From Marsupella aquatica (Eukaryota > Plantae > Marchantiophyta), in NCBI GenBank assembly GCA_973895155.1, contig OZ316894.1, forward strand, positions 26,769,240-26,833,239: 64,000 nucleotides of DNA, read 5' to 3'. Below are positions 1 through 11,130 of this stretch, in pieces. The number at the start of each line of letters is the position of its first letter. Positions within the stretch are counted from its first letter, which is position 1. The translations under genes and the position numbers were made by a program. The notes under the pieces were generated by a model. That model saw nothing but the letters and a program-made list of their open reading frames with translations. It did no database searches and had not been told where the DNA came from.

Positions 1-2237
1 AATCAGATGTGCGTGTAGGGACTGCCCTCTTACAAATGTATGCAAAGAGTGGCACTATCGATGACGCCCGACTAGTTTTTGACAGAATGGAGAAACGTGA
101 TGGAGTGACATGGACTGCAATGCTTAGAGCATATGCAGAAGCTGGTCATGGTGTGGAAGCATATCGACTATTCCTCCAAATGAGACGGGAAGGCTTCGAA
201 CCGGATGCAATCACTTATCTGAGCATCCTGAATGCATCTGCAAGTGCGGGGGCTTTGGAGTGGGTGAAGGAGGTTCATGGCCACGCTAGCAAAGCCGGAC
301 TGGAGTCGGATTTGCGTGTGAGCAATGCACTCGTTCACATGTATGCAAAGAGTGGCAGTATACATGATGCCCGACTGGTTTTTGACAGAATGGAGAAACG
401 CGACGTAATCACATGGAATGTAATGATAGGAGGACTTGCACAACATGGATGTGGGCACGAAGCATATCGATTGTTTCTCCAAATGAGACGGGAAGGCTTT
501 GAACCAGATGCATTCACTTATGCGAGTATTCTGAATGCATCTGCAAGTGCGGGGGCTTTGGAGTGGGTGAAGGAGGTTCATGGCCATGCTAGAAATGCCG
601 GACTGGAGTCGGATTTGCGTGTGGGCATTGCACTCGTTCACATGTATGCAAAGAGTGGCAGTATAGATGATGCCCGACTGGTGTTTGACAGAATGGAGAA
701 ACGTGATGTTGTCACATGGAATACCATGATTGGGGGACTTGCACAACATGGATCTGGGCATGAAGCATATCGAGTGTTTCTCCAAATGAGACGGGAAGGC
801 TTCGAACCAGATGCATTCACTTATGCGAGTATTCTGAATGCATCTGCAAGTGCGGGGGCTTTGGAGTGGGTGAAGGAGGTTCATGGCCATGCTAGAAATG
901 CCGGACTGGAGTCGGATCTGCGTGTGGGCATTGCACTCGTTCACATGTATGCAAAGAGTGGCAGTATAGATGATGCCCGACTGGTGTTTGACAGAATGGA
1001 GAAACGCGATGTAGTCACTTGGAATGTAATGATAGGAGGACTTGCACAACATGGATGTGGGCATGAAGCATACCGATTGTTTCTCCAGATGAGACGGGAC
1101 GGCTCTGAACCAGATGCGTTCACTTATGCGAGTATTCTGAATGCACCTGCAAGTGCGGGGGCTTTGGAGTGGGTGAAGGAGGTTCATGGCCACGCTCGCA
1201 CTGCCGGACTGGAGTCGGATTTGCGTGTAGGCAACGCACTCGTTCACATGTATGCAAAGAGTGGCAGTATAGATGACGCCCAACAAGTTTTTGGCAGACT
1301 CGGGAAACACGATGTAATCACATGGAACATAATGATCGGTGGACTTGCACAACACGGACATGGGCATGAAGCGCTGGAACTTTTCAGGCAAATGACTGCA
1401 GACTATGTGAAGCCCATCGAGACGTCATTCACAGCTGTGTTGTCAGCGTGTGCCCATGGAGGCCTTGTTGATGATGGCCGTAGAATCTTTTCAACTATGA
1501 CGCAAGATTATGGTATCGAGCGTACTGTTGTTCACTACAACCTCATGGTGGATATCCTTGGGCGGGCGGGACGCTTGGAGGAAGCAAAGCAGTTGATCAG
1601 TAAGATGCCGATCGAACCAGATGATGTAACTTGGACAGCCTTGCTCGGGGCTTGTAGAACGTACGGGAACGTGGAGCTGGGTGAGCGTGCCGCTAACGAG
1701 CTTTTCAAGTTGGAACCCGTTAAGGCCTCTACATATGTGCTGCTCTCCAATATCTATGCTGCAGCTGGGAAGTGGGAGAAGGTGTCATCTGTGCGCACTA
1801 TGATGCATGAGAGAGGTGTTCGGAAAGAACCAGGACGTAGCTGGATTGAAGTTGATAATAAGATCCATGAATTTGTTGCGGGGGACACATCTCACCCAGA
1901 AGCGGAGGCGATCTATACTGAGCTGAATAAATTGAGTGAAAAACTGAAGGCTGAAGGCTACGTTCCGGATACCCAACTTGTGTTGCATGATATTAATGAG
2001 GAGGATAAAGAGCTAGCTCTTTGCTCTCATAGTGAGAAGTTGGCTATTGTTTTCGGACTTATGCACCTACCTTGGGGAGAACCAATTCGTGTAAGTAAGA
2101 ACCTTCGGGTGTGTTCAGATTGCCACTCAGCAACCAAGTATATCTCTAAGGTGACCGGACGCGAGATTATTGCGAGGGATGCAAATCGGTTCCACCATTT
2201 TAAAGATGGAATGTGTTCTTGTGGTGATTACTGGTGA
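1..2237 (+). CDS. PLS-class PPR protein with E1/E2/DYW domains (organellar C-to-U editing factor); 5' part lies outside the window
   Basis: Alternating P-L-S motifs, then P2-L2-S2, PG box (PGRSWIEV), deaminase motifs HSEKLA and CSDCH, and terminal CSCGDYW. The frame is open from the window start. Confidence 0.96.
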   Translation, partial: SDVRVGTALLQMYAKSGTIDDARLVFDRMEKRDGVTWTAMLRAYAEAGHGVEAYRLFLQMRREGFEPDAITYLSILNASASAGALEWVKEVHGHASKAGLESDLRVSNALVHMYAKSGSIHDARLVFDRMEKRDVITWNVMIGGLAQHGCGHEAYRLFLQMRREGFEPDAFTYASILNASASAGALEWVKEVHGHARNAGLESDLRVGIALVHMYAKSGSIDDARLVFDRMEKRDVVTWNTMIGGLAQHGSGHEAYRVFLQMRREGFEPDAFTYASILNASASAGALEWVKEVHGHARNAGLESDLRVGIALVHMYAKSGSIDDARLVFDRMEKRDVVTWNVMIGGLAQHGCGHEAYRLFLQMRRDGSEPDAFTYASILNAPASAGALEWVKEVHGHARTAGLESDLRVGNALVHMYAKSGSIDDAQQVFGRLGKHDVITWNIMIGGLAQHGHGHEALELFRQMTADYVKPIETSFTAVLSACAHGGLVDDGRRIFSTMTQDYGIERTVVHYNLMVDILGRAGRLEEAKQLISKMPIEPDDVTWTALLGACRTYGNVELGERAANELFKLEPVKASTYVLLSNIYAAAGKWEKVSSVRTMMHERGVRKEPGRSWIEVDNKIHEFVAGDTSHPEAEAIYTELNKLSEKLKAEGYVPDTQLVLHDINEEDKELALCSHSEKLAIVFGLMHLPWGEPIRVSKNLRVCSDCHSATKYISKVTGREIIARDANRFHHFKDGMCSCGDYW
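102..1313 (+). repeat. Four tandem 303-bp units, each encoding one P-L-S triplet
   Basis: P motifs start at 102, 405, 708 and 1011 and P2 at 1314, an exact 303-bp period. Units 2-4 are nearly identical at the DNA level. Confidence 0.93.
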
Positions 2238-3494
2238 ACCCAGATTGAAAGCTGTGTTGGGTGGGCTGGAAAGTGACTCTAAAGCTGTAGTCACTGGCAG
2301 CGCAGGTACAACCAGGTTTTCGTTGCTGCAATTCTGTGAATTTATTTTGAGATTCTGCAATTTGGGGGTGGAACTAGCCCTCTTCTGGCTGAAAGACCAT
2401 CTCATGTAAGAGGAATCTTACGCGAGTTTAGGTTTGAGAGTCGCAATCATAGATGCGTGAAATCAAGATCATGGCCTGATATGTAGAAAGTTCTTTTGAT
2501 ATTTTTGTTGCATTTTGTCGTTAGATCAGTAGAAGGGTTTGCATATAGTAGCTGCCTTGCCAAACTAACTGGAAGGGAACTCACTTTGCTGACACGAGAC
2601 GGTACTATCAAGGGCATGACGATACGATTCGCCGATGGCAACCTCCCCCAGCATTGAACTTTAAGCAATCAGTCTCAGTTTATTGACTTGGAGAGAAAGC
2701 CTTTGGCTCCTAAACTCGTGGATGTTTCCAGATCTGATACAGCTTGATGATGTAGGTTGGAGACTAGAAACTTCAATTCTAGTAAGGGGGCCATGTTCTT
2801 CTGCTTCAAAACTAGTTGGCAGTCTAAATTCAACCAAAGATGTGAAGTTCCATCTGCAACTCAACTGTTCTGAGCTTCGCAGATTCACAAGATAAAGTCG
2901 TGAAACGTGCTCTAAAGCTTGTTAACTACTCCGGGTTTAGGAAAGGAGTAAGTCCTAAACTTATGCGAGAGTGGGAATGATGCACTGTACACTGCTATGC
3001 TCGAGGATCATCGGACAAGGCAGGGAAGTGGACTGTATTTGCAGTAGAAACTTTGCTACGTTTATGGCATCATTTAAATCGGAAAGCTCATAGACTGCAC
3101 GTGAACAGAGAAGGGAGCATAGTTCTGCAAGGAATAGTGGATTAGCATGTCTGTTGCTTCTGTGGGGCCCATGCCTACTGCAAGAAAATCGATTCATCTT
3201 GGAGAAGGTCTTGAGAGAGATTAATCTGTTCTCTTCTTTTTGGTGTGAATTTGCTTGGGTGAGAATGATGTTGAAGACGTCTGGTGGAAGGACACCATTC
3301 TTCCTTGAACTAACGTGACAACATTGAGGCAGCAATCAATCCTGAACTTTAATTTGTGCATGTTCTTTAGAATGGAATGCCAATGTGAGTTGTTTTCCTC
3401 AATTGTTGGCAGTCAACACACAACAGACGAGGTATTGTATGATGCGAGCAAACAGGAAATTTTGCTAGCAAATGTGGAAATGGCCAGCGAGGCA
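2238..3494 (+). repeat. 3' flank of PPR gene 1; left arm of an inverted duplication (partner about 14990-16130)
   Basis: 2221-2290 matches the reverse complement of 16081-16147, 3165-3250 matches 15115-15200, and 3428-3492 matches 14992-15056. Confidence 0.88.
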
Positions 3495-4719
3495 ATACCC
3501 TACTGCCTGCAAATCCACTGGAATGCTCTGAGCCCAACCTGTCCCACTTATCATCTTTAGTGGTGAAGTCTCCACTGTTGCTTTAAACTCAGGCCCATCT
3601 GGTTTTGGCTCCTTTGTTTGTTGTCGCTGTTGTTGGCTTCTTGGCTGATAAGCCGAACTGGCCTTCTTGGTGGCCCAGGGGCCTCAACATTACCTCCTCC
3701 CTTGCCATTCATTGTGTCCCAAGATGATTCTCCCCCAAGAACGATCCCTTTCCATTCATTGTGTCCCAAAATGTTCTCCTCCAAGAACTATCTCCATTGT
3801 CCTAAGCCACAGGAGTTTAGGGTCCTCCTGATGGCTTCCAATGCTTAAAGGGTACACCTGTAGATGGCCTCCCTTGTGCCTACTACACTGCCCTTGCACA
3901 ATAATAGCTGGTGAATCTGTTTTCCTGTGGGAGTCCAGAGGAATGAATTCTGATTCAGCTCCCCTCCAAAAAAAGGTTTGCTACAACTGCCAGCCCCCTG
4001 CTCCGCCTGTACATAAGTTGCCACAAACTTGTGAGCCTCCTTGGAAAGGCATCCCTTAAAGTTCTGAGTCTGGTTGATGTTGCTCAGCCCAACTTCAGCT
4101 CCAGCCCAAAGAAAAGTGTAAAACCCTTTTATTTCACTCTATCCCTACTGACAACTACACACCGAGCAATGCCCATGAGTAAACAAATATAAACAAATGA
4201 CTTGTAAAAAGCTCAAAAGGAATTGCCCTATGCGCACACACCTGGCTTGGCCCTTAGTCTTAGGGACGCCTTTTTGCCAAATATGTTGGACTGTACCTCA
4301 GAACCCACTTATGTTCCCTTATTGTAACCCTAAATGTACTCAGGACTACTTAGAGCATCCACACCTCCTGGCACCTGCATCACTAACACTTTGGCGGGGT
4401 CTCAGTAGCCTGAAACTTCCCCAGACCCACGATTTTTTGGGCCCTTGCACCGGTTTAAGGCAAACAAGCCCGTTAAAATGATTCACCACCTTTCCAACCT
4501 GACTTTGGCAGTTCGAGCCCATACAATGAACTGACACGGATGGTCGCCCTCATGAATGTTTGAAGTTTTGCTTGAAGTATCTTGAATATCGAACACCATA
4601 GCCTGCAAGTGAAGTTCTCATCACTGCTTGCAAGAACTCAGTGGAATTGTTGGAGTAAACTGGCCAATCCTTGTGCATGAAGAGAGAATCTGCAATTGCA
4701 GTCGACTGCCAGCTAATTT

Positions 4720-5237
4720 CTATGGAGGAGGAGCACCATTTCTGGGTGAAGGCCATACTGACAGGTCCATTGTCTCTCCAATCATTTAGCACAACTGAGC
4801 ACAAGTGCAAACAAGGAGGGGTATCACTGCGAGGGAAGAAGCCCAATAAAGATTGGAAGAGAGAGATAGGGCATGAACTAATTTGGCAAGACTACTTTGC
4901 AGAGAATTGTACATATGACTAAGGATTTTTGTCATAGATACAGGATGACCCGCAGATTGTTCCTGAGGATTATGCTGGCAGTTTGTGCACGCGACACTTT
5001 TTCCAGCAAAAAGAGAATGATGCTAAAATGGGGTTGTCTGGTCCACAAAAAATCACAGCTTCTCTCCCGCAGCTGGCTTTTGGAATGGGGCAGATGCAAC
5101 AGATGAGTATTGTTGATTGGCAAAACCAACTGCACAAAATTTGTTATAACCAGGTTTTGTTTGGCCATTGGAGAATTGTATGAGGAGACATATTTGAGGA
5201 AGCCAGATAGGAATGATTTTGAGAGATTGCTTGTTGT
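4720..5237 (+). pseudogene. Decayed PIF/Harbinger (Pong-type) DDE transposase, N-terminal half
   Basis: Fragments across frames join to give HELIWQDYFAENCTYD / FCHRYRMTRRLFLRI / GLSGPQKITASL.QLAFG / RFCLAIGELYEETYLRKP..NDFERLL, as in plant Pong-like transposases. It carries several stops and frameshifts. A possible terminus is TTA|GAGCATCCAC at 4350-4362. Confidence 0.8.
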
Positions 5238-6295
5238 TGTCACACCATATTGCATTATGTGCAACTTTGCTAATTGCTTGCTAAGTTGTTGTCTTGCTTG
5301 TGTGTTTGGGGGTGACTTGTAGTAACAGATCACCTGGTACTTGGGGGGTTAACTTAGTGTATATTTTGGGGTACCACGTGCGATCCTAGCCTAATATAAA
5401 CACACATATTTTATAATGGGAATATTCCAAAAACATTCTCTATTTTCAATATTAATGACCTACTTTACTTTATAAAAGGTATATATTAGAGAATATTCTA
5501 TAAATATTGGTCTATAATACCTTCTTTTGCTTCCTACGCTTTTTAAAAATTTAGCTAATTTCTATGAAAAATACATATTTTGGATCGCACGTGGTTCCTA
5601 AGATTTTTGATAGTCAACCCCCCGAGACCTGGTAGGGGTGATCCATTCACCCAGGTCACTATGTCTTGTGCCAAGAAAGGGGGTATACTTTGGAGAATGA
5701 GTATTGAGGCCTCATTCTTCCAAGTGGAGCCTTCCGGCACTAGTAGAGTCTTCGTCGTGTGAGATGGCTATGGTGTGAGAGTGGAGCGATGGCGGTTGCC
5801 ATGTTAGCACATTAGTCCAACCATAGCTGGACTAAATCTGGAGTTCCACATCAATGGCTAGCGGGAGGGTTTGGCCCAACTTATAGTACATTATGACTTC
5901 GCACAAGATTACTTTGAAGAATGAGATTTGAGGTTTCTAGACTGTGCGGACAGCGGAGGAACTTGGTGGAGATTGATGATTTGTTCATTTGTTCATTCGT
6001 TGGAGTCAATTGTTGGGGGCATTTGCTGATCGTGGTGTTGAGTTGCTGGTTGGCAACAATTGTTTTCTGAACTTTGATTGGTTGAATATGGAGTGGTTCA
6101 ACGTAATTGCATCCAGAGCTTGTGGCAGTGGCTATTGCTTGTTGTGTGCCAATTGAATGCATGTGTAAGCTCTGCCCATTTTTATTAGAGAGGAGAACAT
6201 GCTACAGGATTTTGTGTGAAGAAATATCATGCAAAAACCATGGCAAAATTTTGATAGAAATAGTTGTAGAACTCAAATTGGAGAACTGTTTCTTG

Positions 6296-6639
6296 TGTTG
6301 AGCATAGACGACATTCGTAACGGCAAGCCCATGAACCATCCAACGCACAAGAGTCGACACAGAGAGATACATGGTTCACCTCCACATGAGGCTACGTCCA
6401 CGGGAACATACAAGAGCTTTACTGCACTCTAGGCCGACCGGCCATACCAAGCATCCACAGCACAAGCTCTTCCTATCTCTCAACTAGCTCCATAACAATG
6501 AGCCTTTGTTCCACCAGGGTCTGGCATCATCCCTGGCTATATACACAACAGCACTACCACTAACATTAGCTAAGTCCTAACCCGAGTTAGACTAACTGTG
6601 GTTAGCTCATGAGTCACAAGACTAGAGCAATATCTAACA
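6296..6639 (-). repeat. 3' LTR of the Copia element
   Basis: TGTTGAGC...TCTAACA; four substitutions seen relative to the other LTR. The PPT (AAGGGGGAGT on the minus strand) is adjacent at 6641-6650. Confidence 0.96.
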
Positions 6640-6846
6640 AACTCCCCCTTGACTCTTGTCTTGGGGACTGGACTAAATGCTACCATATGGAATCCTCAGC
6701 GGGAAGTTCTAGACAATCACCAAACCAGGTCTCCCCCTAAAAACCACAAGGGTTAACTAAGGGTTAACTAGAACTAAGCCGTAACCTAACAGGAATGAGT
6801 AATCCATATACAAATAGTCACACATTGCTAAATAACTCTACTTGCA

Positions 6847-9800
6847 CTACAACTGCAAAACCTGCAAAGTAGCACGGTGTCTTGAGAAACTCTCCAAAGG
6901 AATCACTTTGGTAAAGGCATCAGCGGGATTGAGCTTTCCATCAATCTTGACTAGCTCAAAAGTTTGATCAGACACTGCTTGCCTAATAAAATGGTACCTG
7001 ATATCAATGTGCTTCACCCTGCTATCCATCACCTGGTTAGCAGCCAAGTGAAGAGCACTCTGACTATCACAGTTTAGAGTCATTTTTCCATGCTCTAAAC
7101 CCATCTCCGCGATCAACTTATCCAACCAAATTGCTTCCTTTGCTGCTTCTGCTGCTGCAACATACTCTGCTTCTGTAGTAGACTGAGATATGCACTTCTG
7201 CAAGGTAGATTTCCAACTGATACATCCTCCTCCAAGAGTGTATATAAACCCAGTTGTAGATCTCCCTGTATCCAGACAGCCTCCATAGTCAGAATCTACA
7301 TAGCCAAGTAATGTTCTATCTGATCTGTTATCAAATAGTAATCCATAGTCCTGTGTACCCTTGAGATACCTGAGAATCCACTTCACAGCTTCCCAATGTA
7401 TCTTCCCTGGATTTGACATGAATCTGCTAACCTTGCCCATCGCTAGGGCCAAGTCAGGCCTAGTACAAGTCATCAAATACATCAGACTGCCTACTGCCTT
7501 CTCATAAGGAATCTTAGCCATCAGACCTTTCTCCACAACATCCGTAGGAGAGAAAGCCGATAATAACTTGAAATGTGAAGCTAAAGGAATACTCACTGGC
7601 TTACAGTTTTCCATGTTGAATCGTGCAAGTACTTTCCTCGCATACTGGCCTTGACTCAAGCACAACTGTCCAGTCTCAGAGTTCCTAAAAATCTCCATCC
7701 CTAAGATCCTCTTGGCCTTACCAAGATCCTTCATCCTGAATTCAGCACTCAATTTCGCCTTGAGACTGTCAACCTCAGATTGATCTTTAGCCACAATCAG
7801 CATGTCATCCACATAGATCACCAGAATGATGAAACCAAATACATCATTCTTGACTGATTTTGTATACACACAAGGATCATACACCATCCTTGTAAAACCT
7901 TGAGCAAGCATGAAATCATCAAACCGCTTGTTCCATTGTCTGGGGGATTGCTTCAATCCATACAAGGACTTGAGCAATTTGCAAACTAAGTTCTCTTGGC
8001 CTTTCTTCATAAAGCCTAGTGGCTGTCTCATGAAGATCAACTCTTCCAAGTTGCCATAGAGAAAGGCAGTAACAACATCCATCTGATCCATCACCAGACC
8101 AAAAAATACAACAAGCTGACACAAGATCCGAATTGTGGAATACTTAGCCACCGGTGAAAAGACCTCATTGTAGTCCACTCCTTTCTCCTGAGTGAACCCC
8201 TTGGCAACAAGCCTTGCCTTGTAGATCTTATCTCCACCCTCTGAAGGACTGTCCTTCAACTTATAAATCCACTTGCTGTCCACCACTTGTTGACCTCTTG
8301 GAAGCTCCACCAACTCCCATGTCTTGTTGTCACTCAAAGATTGCAACTCCCTCTGCATTGCTGCATTCCACTCATGCTTATGCTCTGAAGCACAAGCCTC
8401 ACTATACGAAGAAGGCTCTCCTTCTTCCAAGATCAAAGCCATGTCATCTTCATCAGGTGCAATGTCAATATCATCTAGCTTAGATGAGTCTGCCCATTGA
8501 CCATACCTGGTAGGAGCTCTAGTAGAACGACTGGAAGTTCTTCTAGTAGATGACTCAGGCTGATCTGCTGCTGCTACTGGTTGAATTTGAGGTACCCCAG
8601 CAACAATCTGCTCCTCTTGTTCCATAACAGGAACCAGCTCCAAGCCCGGAGCTTCTCCATCTCTCCTGTCATGAACTGCATCATGACTAATCTCCCCCTC
8701 AACCCCGTCCGGGATGGGAGATTTCCCCTTGTCAGTATGGGATTCTTGAGAACTCTCCCCCTCCTTTGATGATTTGGATTCATTAAAGGACACATCTCTA
8801 CTGACAATTAGTTTACAGGTTACTAGATCCCATAACCTATAACCCTTCACACCTTTCTGATAGCCAAGGAAAATGCACTTCTTCGACTTGGACTCCAGCT
8901 TGGATCGAAGGTGGGAAGGTGTAAGCACATAAGCATCACATCCAAAAATCCTCAGATGTGAGTAATCTGCTGGACGCCCGTACCTCATTTCAAATGGCGT
9001 CTTGAATCCAATAGAACTGGATGGAGAAAAATTTACCAAATAAGCTGTAGTGTTGACAGCTTCAGCCCAAAACTCATGTGGTAAGCATGATTGACTCAAC
9101 ATACTCCTCGAGCGGTCCAATAGTGTTTGGTTGAGTCTCTCAGAAACACCATTCTGCTGAGGAGTATAACTTGTTGTGAGATGGCGGGTGATCCCCTGCT
9201 CCTTACAATACGTTCCAAATTCACCGGAATTGTATTCACCGCCGTTATCCGATCGAAGATATCTCACCTTATTACCAGTCTGATTCTCAACTTGGGCTTT
9301 CCACTTCTTAAAAATGGCAAAAACATCAGACTTATTGTGTAGAAAGTATATCCACATATACCTTGAGTAATCGTCTATGAACGTGACATAATATAACCGT
9401 CCAGAATGTGAGGGAGTAGGGGCTGGACCCCACACATCACTATGTACATACTCAAGTACCTCCTTGCTGGTGTGAGTTCCAACTCCGAAGGATTTCCTGT
9501 GCTGCTTCCCTAGCACACAGTGCTCACAAAATTCCAACTTACAAGATTGCAATTTAGAAAGTAATCCTTTCTTCTGAAGAATAACCAAACCTTTTTCACT
9601 CATGTGGCCCAAACGGAAGTGCCACAGCCGGGCCGTCTCCTCATGAGATAAGGTTACATTGGCTTCATCACAAACTACACTGCCCTCCAAAACGTATAGA
9701 TTGCTATGTCTCTTTCCCTTCAATACAACTTTAGTACCAGTTGAAACCTGAAGGACACCATTAGCAGAGCTCCACTGATGGTCATTTGCTTCTAAAACTC

Positions 9801-10065
9801 CAAGTGAAATGAGATTTTTCATCATGCTGGGAATATGTCTCACATTCCTCAACTTTCTCACAGCACCATCAAACATCTGAAATCTTACAGATCCAAGTCC
9901 AACAACTTGACATGGGATTCCATTTCCCATCAAAACTGACCCGTTGGAAACCGTGTAAGAACTGAAACAATCTCTCCTAGAGCAAATGTGAAAAGTACAT
10001 GCACTATCTAGAATCCAGTCATCACTACCTGAATTTGACACTACGTTGAGAGCATAACCTTGACA
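6847..10065 (-). CDS. pol: Copia pol (protease, integrase, RT, RNase H)
   Basis: WILDSACTFH, LWHFRLGH...CEHC, VHSDVWGP, LRSDNGGEY, KARLVAKGF, YVDDM, KHIDIRYHF, NPADAFTK. The frame is open back to the gag stop codon. Confidence 0.96.
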   Translation of the reverse strand, partial: CQGYALNVVSNSGSDDWILDSACTFHICSRRDCFSSYTVSNGSVLMGNGIPCQVVGLGSVRFQMFDGAVRKLRNVRHIPSMMKNLISLGVLEANDHQWSSANGVLQVSTGTKVVLKGKRHSNLYVLEGSVVCDEANVTLSHEETARLWHFRLGHMSEKGLVILQKKGLLSKLQSCKLEFCEHCVLGKQHRKSFGVGTHTSKEVLEYVHSDVWGPAPTPSHSGRLYYVTFIDDYSRYMWIYFLHNKSDVFAIFKKWKAQVENQTGNKVRYLRSDNGGEYNSGEFGTYCKEQGITRHLTTSYTPQQNGVSERLNQTLLDRSRSMLSQSCLPHEFWAEAVNTTAYLVNFSPSSSIGFKTPFEMRYGRPADYSHLRIFGCDAYVLTPSHLRSKLESKSKKCIFLGYQKGVKGYRLWDLVTCKLIVSRDVSFNESKSSKEGESSQESHTDKGKSPIPDGVEGEISHDAVHDRRDGEAPGLELVPVMEQEEQIVAGVPQIQPVAAADQPESSTRRTSSRSTRAPTRYGQWADSSKLDDIDIAPDEDDMALILEEGEPSSYSEACASEHKHEWNAAMQRELQSLSDNKTWELVELPRGQQVVDSKWIYKLKDSPSEGGDKIYKARLVAKGFTQEKGVDYNEVFSPVAKYSTIRILCQLVVFFGLVMDQMDVVTAFLYGNLEELIFMRQPLGFMKKGQENLVCKLLKSLYGLKQSPRQWNKRFDDFMLAQGFTRMVYDPCVYTKSVKNDVFGFIILVIYVDDMLIVAKDQSEVDSLKAKLSAEFRMKDLGKAKRILGMEIFRNSETGQLCLSQGQYARKVLARFNMENCKPVSIPLASHFKLLSAFSPTDVVEKGLMAKIPYEKAVGSLMYLMTCTRPDLALAMGKVSRFMSNPGKIHWEAVKWILRYLKGTQDYGLLFDNRSDRTLLGYVDSDYGGCLDTGRSTTGFIYTLGGGCISWKSTLQKCISQSTTEAEYVAAAEAAKEAIWLDKLIAEMGLEHGKMTLNCDSQSALHLAANQVMDSRVKHIDIRYHFIRQAVSDQTFELVKIDGKLNPADAFTKVIPLESFSRHRATLQVLQL

Positions 10066-11130
10066 TCACAATATATCATCATCATCGAGTAAATCTACCT
10101 CATGCGAGCTCGATGTTGCGTTAGCAGAGGCAGTAGGGACCTTTACTCGACAATCCCTTTTCATGTGGCCAGGCTTGCCACAATTCCAACATGCAAGAGG
10201 CTTCCTCTCTTGCGATTTTTCTCTGGATTTAGATCTTCCCCGAGATGTAGATCTAAACCTGTTCTGCCCATTCGTGCGCTGCGCTGCTCTTCCCCTGTTC
10301 ACATTCAGCGCAGTGCCAGAAGAAGATGCTATCTGTGATTGACCCAGCTTCTTCTGAGCATCATCAGATAGTAAAGAGTTTACCACCTCATTATACGAAA
10401 TGGACTTCAGATCTCTGTACAAGAGCACCTGTTTCAAGCCCTGATATGATGGCGGTAAGGAGCTTAGCAGAAGCAAGGCCTTATCCTCATCTTCAACTCC
10501 TTTTCCCAGGTTTGACAGATCAACCGCTAGACTGTCAAATTCATCCAGGTGATCCTGCATCTTGCTCCCTTCCTTGAGCCTGAGGCTCATCAAGAGAGAT
10601 TTCTTGTATAGCCGGTCTGACGCATCTTCCCGGTAGTACTTCTCTCTTAGAGCTTTGAACAGTGACGCGCAATCCGCATAATCATCCAGCTGCTTGATGA
10701 TGTGCGGCTTGAGATATAGCATCACTGCATTGACAGCAATCACCTGCTCCTGTCTCCACTGTCTCAAAAAAATCTCCTCCTCTCCATCATACTGCTCTCG
10801 CGAAGAGAGCAGATGAGCTAAGCCCATGGCCCGTAGAACACCCTTCACTTGCTTCTCCCACAGCAAGTAGTCAGTACGACCATCGTACTTCTCCACCTCA
10901 AACTTTACTCCTCCGAATCTAGCCATCTCCCTCTTCTTCCCTACTATCGACAGCTCTGGTAGTAACACAACTTCCTCCACTGCACGCCGCACCGGTGATC
11001 GTACCGGTGTCACTAGTTCTTCCTCAAACGGTAGTAGCTCCTCCTCAGACTCTCTTTCTGACCGTCGCGATCCTAAAGCTCCACCGACGCCAGTTCTTCC
11101 AGTATCCTCCGAGTCACTCATATGAAACAA
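10066..11130 (-). CDS. gag: Copia gag
   Basis: VKFEVEKYDG, LLLSSLPPSY and the CCHC knuckle CWNCGKPGHMKRDC. The start codon is uncertain (MSDSED or MARFGG). Confidence 0.93.
   Translation of the reverse strand: MFHMSDSEDTGRTGVGGALGSRRSERESEEELLPFEEELVTPVRSPVRRAVEEVVLLPELSIVGKKREMARFGGVKFEVEKYDGRTDYLLWEKQVKGVLRAMGLAHLLSSREQYDGEEEIFLRQWRQEQVIAVNAVMLYLKPHIIKQLDDYADCASLFKALREKYYREDASDRLYKKSLLMSLRLKEGSKMQDHLDEFDSLAVDLSNLGKGVEDEDKALLLLSSLPPSYQGLKQVLLYRDLKSISYNEVVNSLLSDDAQKKLGQSQIASSSGTALNVNRGRAAQRTNGQNRFRSTSRGRSKSREKSQERKPLACWNCGKPGHMKRDCRVKVPTASANATSSSHEVDLLDDDDIL

Noticed and set aside
168-1391. 407-aa antisense ORF and repeated 60-aa ORFs
   Set aside because: These are shadows of the 303-bp PPR repeat, with no independent protein features.
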